Shown: positions 58,256-64,000 of the stretch, one piece after another
Position numbering within the stretch: position 1 is the first letter of the stretch
Layout: each line of letters starts with the position of its first letter
From: Eledone cirrhosa
Taxonomy: Eukaryota
Assembly (NCBI GenBank): GCA_964016885.1
Contig: OZ024743.1
Span: 101,804,001-101,868,000 of the forward strand
Length of the DNA: 64,000 bases
Direction of reading: 5' to 3'
Notes under the pieces: model-generated
The model's input: the letters and a program-made list of their open reading frames with translations, nothing else
Told to the model about the DNA's origin: nothing
Database searches by the model: none
Translations under genes and position numbers: made by a program

Positions 58256-61200
58256 TGTGTGTTGGACCTTTGTCGGTTTCGAAGAGGAGTTTTCCAGTTG
58301 TTCAAACAACGGAACAACTTAATCGCGAAATTATCATTTATGTGGTTGAGCGTTTCACAGACACATGTATGTTTAACGTGGTTTTCTGGGAGATGCAGTG
58401 TTCCACAGTGAATGACAAAACTGGCCCTTTCCATTACAGGTACTCATTTTTGCTAGGTGCGTGAAATGAAGCAACGTGAAATAAGGTATCTTTTAAAAGA
58501 ACACACGCACCGTCGAGAATAGAACTCATGACCTTACGATCGCGGGCCAGCAGCACAACCACTAAGCTACGTATCTTCACAATAAACTAAGTAAAACTAA
58601 ACTGGCCTACAAGCAAGCATTCTATATAATTTTGTAGTTTACTAACAACATTTTTATTTCAAGCGAATTTTTAATATAATTTACTACTCGAAAGATTTTG
58701 TTCTATATTTTTATGAAATTGATCTAGCAACTCAAGTTCCGACGATAAAACGGTTACAAAAGAGAACTGAAACCGTTATATTAATCGAAACCAGATCACG
58801 ATTTTAATTTATCCTAAGCTCAATAATGACTCTATGGCTTTCACTTACGAAATTCTCAGTAAATTATTGAAGCTAGATAAAACTCTAGTCATTCATTATA
58901 CATACTTGAATGTTATTAAATTTGATTTAAGCCTCCCATTAGGCACCGACAGCCTAATTGATAGTGAAAGTGTTAATTCCAAATCTATTTTCATTGCACA
59001 CGTGTTTGGTGACATCGATTTGTTACAAGTCCTAATCCATATTAATATTTGATAGCTAAATACATAATGAAACCGCAATGAACACAGTAGGGTAGGTATT
59101 AAGCTTTTGGCAACAATGGCCGCGAGTTACTTTTGTTTCTCGGCTTGAAGCTAAGTTCACTTCACTTTTCCCATTAATGCCAAATCCCATTTACTATTTA
59201 TCCTCTAATAACATCTGGGTTTCTTGCTCCGAGCTTGAAGTCAATACTAAACCGAATATTTTATTCATCTGCTAAAACGAAGTGTCTTTTAAGGTTGTTT
59301 AAAAAAGTCCTTCGCATTCTTGGCAGACATTTCAAAGTTGTAAAATATTTTTCACTGTTAGTTTATTTTTTCTTGCCAGAAAGAATTATTCTTTCTTTAT
59401 AAAAGAAAACAGGATATTGTAAATTTGTTGTTTCTACAAATACATTAGCAGAATACAAGTGAATTAGATTTAAATAAAAATCGAAACTTCATCACAGTCT
59501 ACGAAACTAATGCTGTTTCACATAAGCTTAATCCCATACATTTTGTCATCGAATTCCGTATTGTATGGAATCAAGAAATACATATATAGCTATCTCTCGA
59601 GAGGAAAAGTCGAGCTCACGACGGCTGAATTTGTACATAGAATGTATATGTAAGAAACGTAGGCGACGAATTGGCAGGTCCGATAGAATGATCTGCGTTC
59701 TGAATTCCAAACTCACCGAGGTGAATTTTGCATTTCATCCTTTCAAGGTCGATAAAAAGTACCAGTCCAGTACAGGAGTCGATTATTCTTCAGTCTCTCT
59801 CTCCCACCCCACCTCTCTCTTGAATAACTCGGTTGTCTTCAGACCTGGAGATGAGATGGGCTCTATCAGGTTTTAAAATATGTTACGACGGCACCTCTAC
59901 GACTCCATGAGGTGTTACACGTTGATACATACAAGTAAGAAACTAAACTATATTATGTATGTTTATATAGCGTTTCTGACAGTTCAGCGCACATAATTCT
60001 TAAAATAATAATTCATTACTTTAACTAGCAGAAAAACCACTCTTTGGGTGGTTTACTGCTAGCATGTGTAGTGTGCATATTTATATTATATGCAAATATA
60101 TATGTATGTAGATATGATGCGTCAAATAAAATTGTAATTGACAATATACACAGAAATTGAAGAGAGGCTGTGTTACACTGTCTTCTGTAATCAGTAAAGT
60201 AATCCATGACACATTTGAAAAAGACAATATTATATATAAACTCTATTGCAGCAAAATTTTATGAAAACGAAAAAGGAGAAAATTAGTTACGGAAATATAA
60301 ACCTTATGTAACGATGCAATACCGGAAGTATTGATATTTGAAAATTTTAAAAGATGTGAATCTTGAAATAAGCAATAAAATTATTTATTTTTAATCAAAA
60401 GTTACGAAATTTAGTACATAAATTATGTAATATTCATTCATTATTTATTCAAAGTAATCCAACTTATTTTACTAACAGGATAACAAAATATATTCAGGAC
60501 GCAGTCCCGCACTCCTCCCTTTATTATATTATGGTACGAAGTTACATATGAAGTATGGACGAGGGCGGAATTGTTAGAACGGTAGTCAGGAGGCTTGCTT
60601 CACAGTAACATCTTCTTTACTTTGCGTTCTCAGTTGGTCTGCTTCAATGCTAAACTGTATTGATCCTTTGCTTTACATTGGACAACATTGATGACATGTA
60701 GAGCAGGAAATGTTATGCATGGATGATGGGATGTGAACTCGGAAAGTAAAAAGCCAGAAAAAATACCAAAATTGTATTTTATTCAACACTCAACCAGTTC
60801 TAATAAACCTCAACTCTAAAGACAAGTAATAATTAATTTAAAGCTTTTTCAATAACAAAGATAAACAAACAAAATAAAACAAATAAATATTGGCCAGGTC
60901 TACACTTTAGGCATGAGATTTCCAGGTGGAAGTTTGTGATGAGATATACGGTGGTATAGTTGAGCGAGTCACCAACAAGAAAACATTAATGGAATATATT
61001 CTATCGAAAGACAGTTAACACTAGTGTGATAGGAATATTGAAATTAAAGAGTTTAACGTAGTTAAATTAACTACCATCCATGCTACTATTTCACCCTAAA
61101 TTTCACCCTTAAAAATATGATAGGGATTGGAATGAATCTCCGTCGGTTTCGTCGATGAATGTATAATGGTTCCGATTAACAGGACAGTCTGCTTGTGAAA

Positions 61201-63215
61201 TTAAAGTATAAGTGACTGAGCATTTCACAGACCTGTGCACCCTTAATATAATTCGCAATGAGATTTCGTGTGAAAAGTCTGACCATTTGAATTATAAGTA
61301 CAGTTATCGGAGGGTCCGCCAATCAGTTCCCGTCAAATGAATTCCACTCACAAAGCATGTGACGACATGAAGCTATAATAAATGACACTTGCTCAATATT
61401 CCACACAAGAATATCGAACCCGGGATCTAATGATTGTGAAGCGAATTCATTAATCATTTGGCCATTTTGCGTCCACAATAACTAATTGTGTATTGAAGAT
61501 GTATGTTTAATAATAGTAGATCTTCAAGAAGGTGGTGGGTTGGCAAAATTGATAGAATGTTGGATAAAATGACAGTACGGTGTTTGTGTAAACTCTTTAT
61601 ATTCTGAGTTCAAATACCACCGAGGTTCACTTTGCCTTTCATCCTTCCAGGGTCGGTAAAATAAGCAACAGTCAAGTACTAATATTGGTTTAATTAATTT
61701 TGCCATTCTCTCAAATTTGCTGGCTTTGTGCCTAAATTAGAACTTTGGAGAAGATAATGATATGCAGAATTGAGCTACACTAAACTAAAGAAATGCTATG
61801 AGTAAAGGTCGGTTAAATTGTGTATATTCCTCTCCTACAAATATTTATTCTAGTGTTATTGTTAGTATATCACTATACCAGACATTGGTTTGATTTGATT
61901 TATAGTGAACTATCAGACGTAATTCATTGAGATTTGTTATTTGCGGGGTTGGGGAGGATATCAAGTAAATAGTTCATCTATGTTAGTAAAAGGATGGTTG
62001 ATTAACAAAATCGATGGAGCGATATTTCTTCCAGCACTTTAGGTTCTGAGTTCAAATCCCGCAGAGGTTAACTTTACCTTCCATCCTCCAGGACTCGATA
62101 AAATAAAGTACTAATCAAGTACTGCTGACAATGTAATCAACTTCACCGCTCCGCTAACTTTAAAATTGTTGGCCTTGTTCCTAAATTAGAATCTATTTAT
62201 ACAGTAGGTCAAACCAAACAATAACTTCATTACCTTCAACCAGATGTCCCTGGACGTCAATATAGTAGACTTCCACTGATAGGAGATTTTTATCTCTATT
62301 TACCTAACAAATGACAATACACTTTGCAACACGGTGCTACTTTTTATCTCACACTAATATGATTTACTATTTAATCATTACTTACAGAGTCAGAAAGCAA
62401 ATTTCAGTGAAGAGAAAGGTTATAGTTGATGGCATCATTTGTACTTCTCTTATAAACACGGGGAAATGAGAAACAAAGTTGTTCGTAGCACGATTTGAAT
62501 AAATAATTCAGTAGGGTGTATTTATATACTGCAATGTAATGTATCAATTCCTGCGTTTTACTACATCATACGTCTCGATATCTCTTCGATTTTCTATCCA
62601 ATATTATTTGTTGGAACCACTGAGATTTAGTGTTATTTACTTGAGTGACTGCCATTTACACACATGGAACATCCCCACAATGATGTGATTACCTATGTCT
62701 ATATCAACAATGTGACGCCTTCTTTTCTTTATCGAATTTGTTAATCAATCAAAACAAATGTGAACATTGCTTTTCATCCTTTTTTGGTCAATAAAATAAA
62801 ATATCAATCCAGTCCTGGTATCGATATAACCAACCACCTCCCGATTTCCATCCTTGTGCTTATGTTAGAAATCATTTTATAGTGTGGAGTCTATCACACT
62901 TGAAGTTACACCAGTTGTAAGACTTGAAATTGAGGCCACAAAGAAAGAAAACCTTTTTTTGAAGGCGTGTATGATCTGTTCGTAACACGTAATGTTGATT
63001 TCTAATATAAGTACAAGCTCAACATATTTTGGGGAAGGACAAAGTTATTTAAGTTAACCATAGTACTTGACTGCTATTTTGTTTAATCGACTCCGGAAAT
63101 ATGAGGGTCAAGGTTGTCCTCGGTGGGATGTGAACTCAGAAAGTAACGAACCAGAACAAATACCACAACTGTATATTATTCGACACTCTACCAGTTTTGC
63201 TAAACCACTACTCTA
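57060..63215. mobile_element. Region of scattered old SINE copies (e.g. 57570..57762 minus, 59660..59785 plus, 61530..61742 plus, 61990..62195 plus, 63000..63215 minus)
   Basis: Recurrent SINE core CTGAGTTCAAAT...GAGGT.AACTTTGCCTTTCATCC in either orientation. Confidence 0.7.
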
Positions 63216-64000
63216 GTGACATATTTAATTCAAAGGTTTTACTATAACGAACCCCCCCCCCAAAAAAAAAAAAAACATACAAAGACAAAAAGTAAATACA
63301 AACAACAACAAATAAATGAAATAATGAAATAAATCACATAAACACAGAAAAAATAATAAAACTCATTTAACTCCAGTTTATAGTTTGCTGAATAAAAGTC
63401 TATTTTTATACCAAATTATATTAAAACATCAAATTGAATTGATGTTCCAGACGTTTGATCCGAAGTGAACACCCACTTTATAAATTGTTGAATAAACGTC
63501 ATAATTTTATTGATCTTAAGTAAAATGATGCAACGTCTATACTATTATAAACTTCTTCTTATACCGACTTATTATACTTCAGCCACAAATATCGCCTAGC
63601 AATGAAAATAATTTCCTAATAAACAGCATTAAAAAATAGTTAATGAAACGTAAATGACTTTTGCTAACCTGTACATGAAATAAATATGCACAGAAAATTC
63701 TAGACAGGAACACATTGGAATTGACTTTCTTGCCGTCTTCTTCCGGTTGGAATTTAATGCAAGCAAGCAACTGAAATACGAGTTAACTACACATCAATGT
63801 CACTAATTAGAGCGATAATTATTACAAACTTACGATATCAGTCAGTCTCTAAATGGTTCTTAGACTGGATAGAAATAGTAGTTAAATATACTTCGTCACT
63901 AATCTTACGTCAGTAAAAAGAAAAACGCGCATTAAATATAGTTGTAAATATAACGATAAGACAGGATGTTTACGGCTTGAATGCTTTTGATAATAGTTAT

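Noticed and set aside
58750-59400. Possible host exons in repeat-poor sequence
   Set aside because: Short ORFs only, with no recognisable domain or convincing splice structure.

Overview
Repeat-dominated, AT-rich eukaryotic (animal) DNA with no recognisable host gene. The SINE families and the very dense (TA)n/(CA)n/(AG)n/(TATG)n tracts resemble an octopus/coleoid cephalopod genome, which is an inference from recalled repeat consensus and not a search result. The window contains degraded non-LTR retroelements (R4/Dong-type RLE elements, RTE elements with C-terminal C2H2 fingers, a Tx1/L1-type element, CRE fragments), two Penelope-like elements (PLEs), a Tc1 element, mariner/hAT MITEs, Helitron/Helentron-like non-autonomous elements and many tRNA-derived SINEs. 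The main hidden signal is about 25 type-I hammerhead ribozyme (HHR) motifs from about 12 unrelated-looking families, read by eye. Most have self-complementary stem III, and most sit in short non-coding, often fold-back, elements inside microsatellites. Three families clearly carry a compensatory U3:A8 core (UUGANAA) instead of C3:G8, and one forms a 320-bp tandem/inverted retrozyme-like array at 34.6-35.9 kb. Most long ORFs in the supplied track are microsatellite artefacts. Element boundaries are approximate, and no ribozyme activity is demonstrated.
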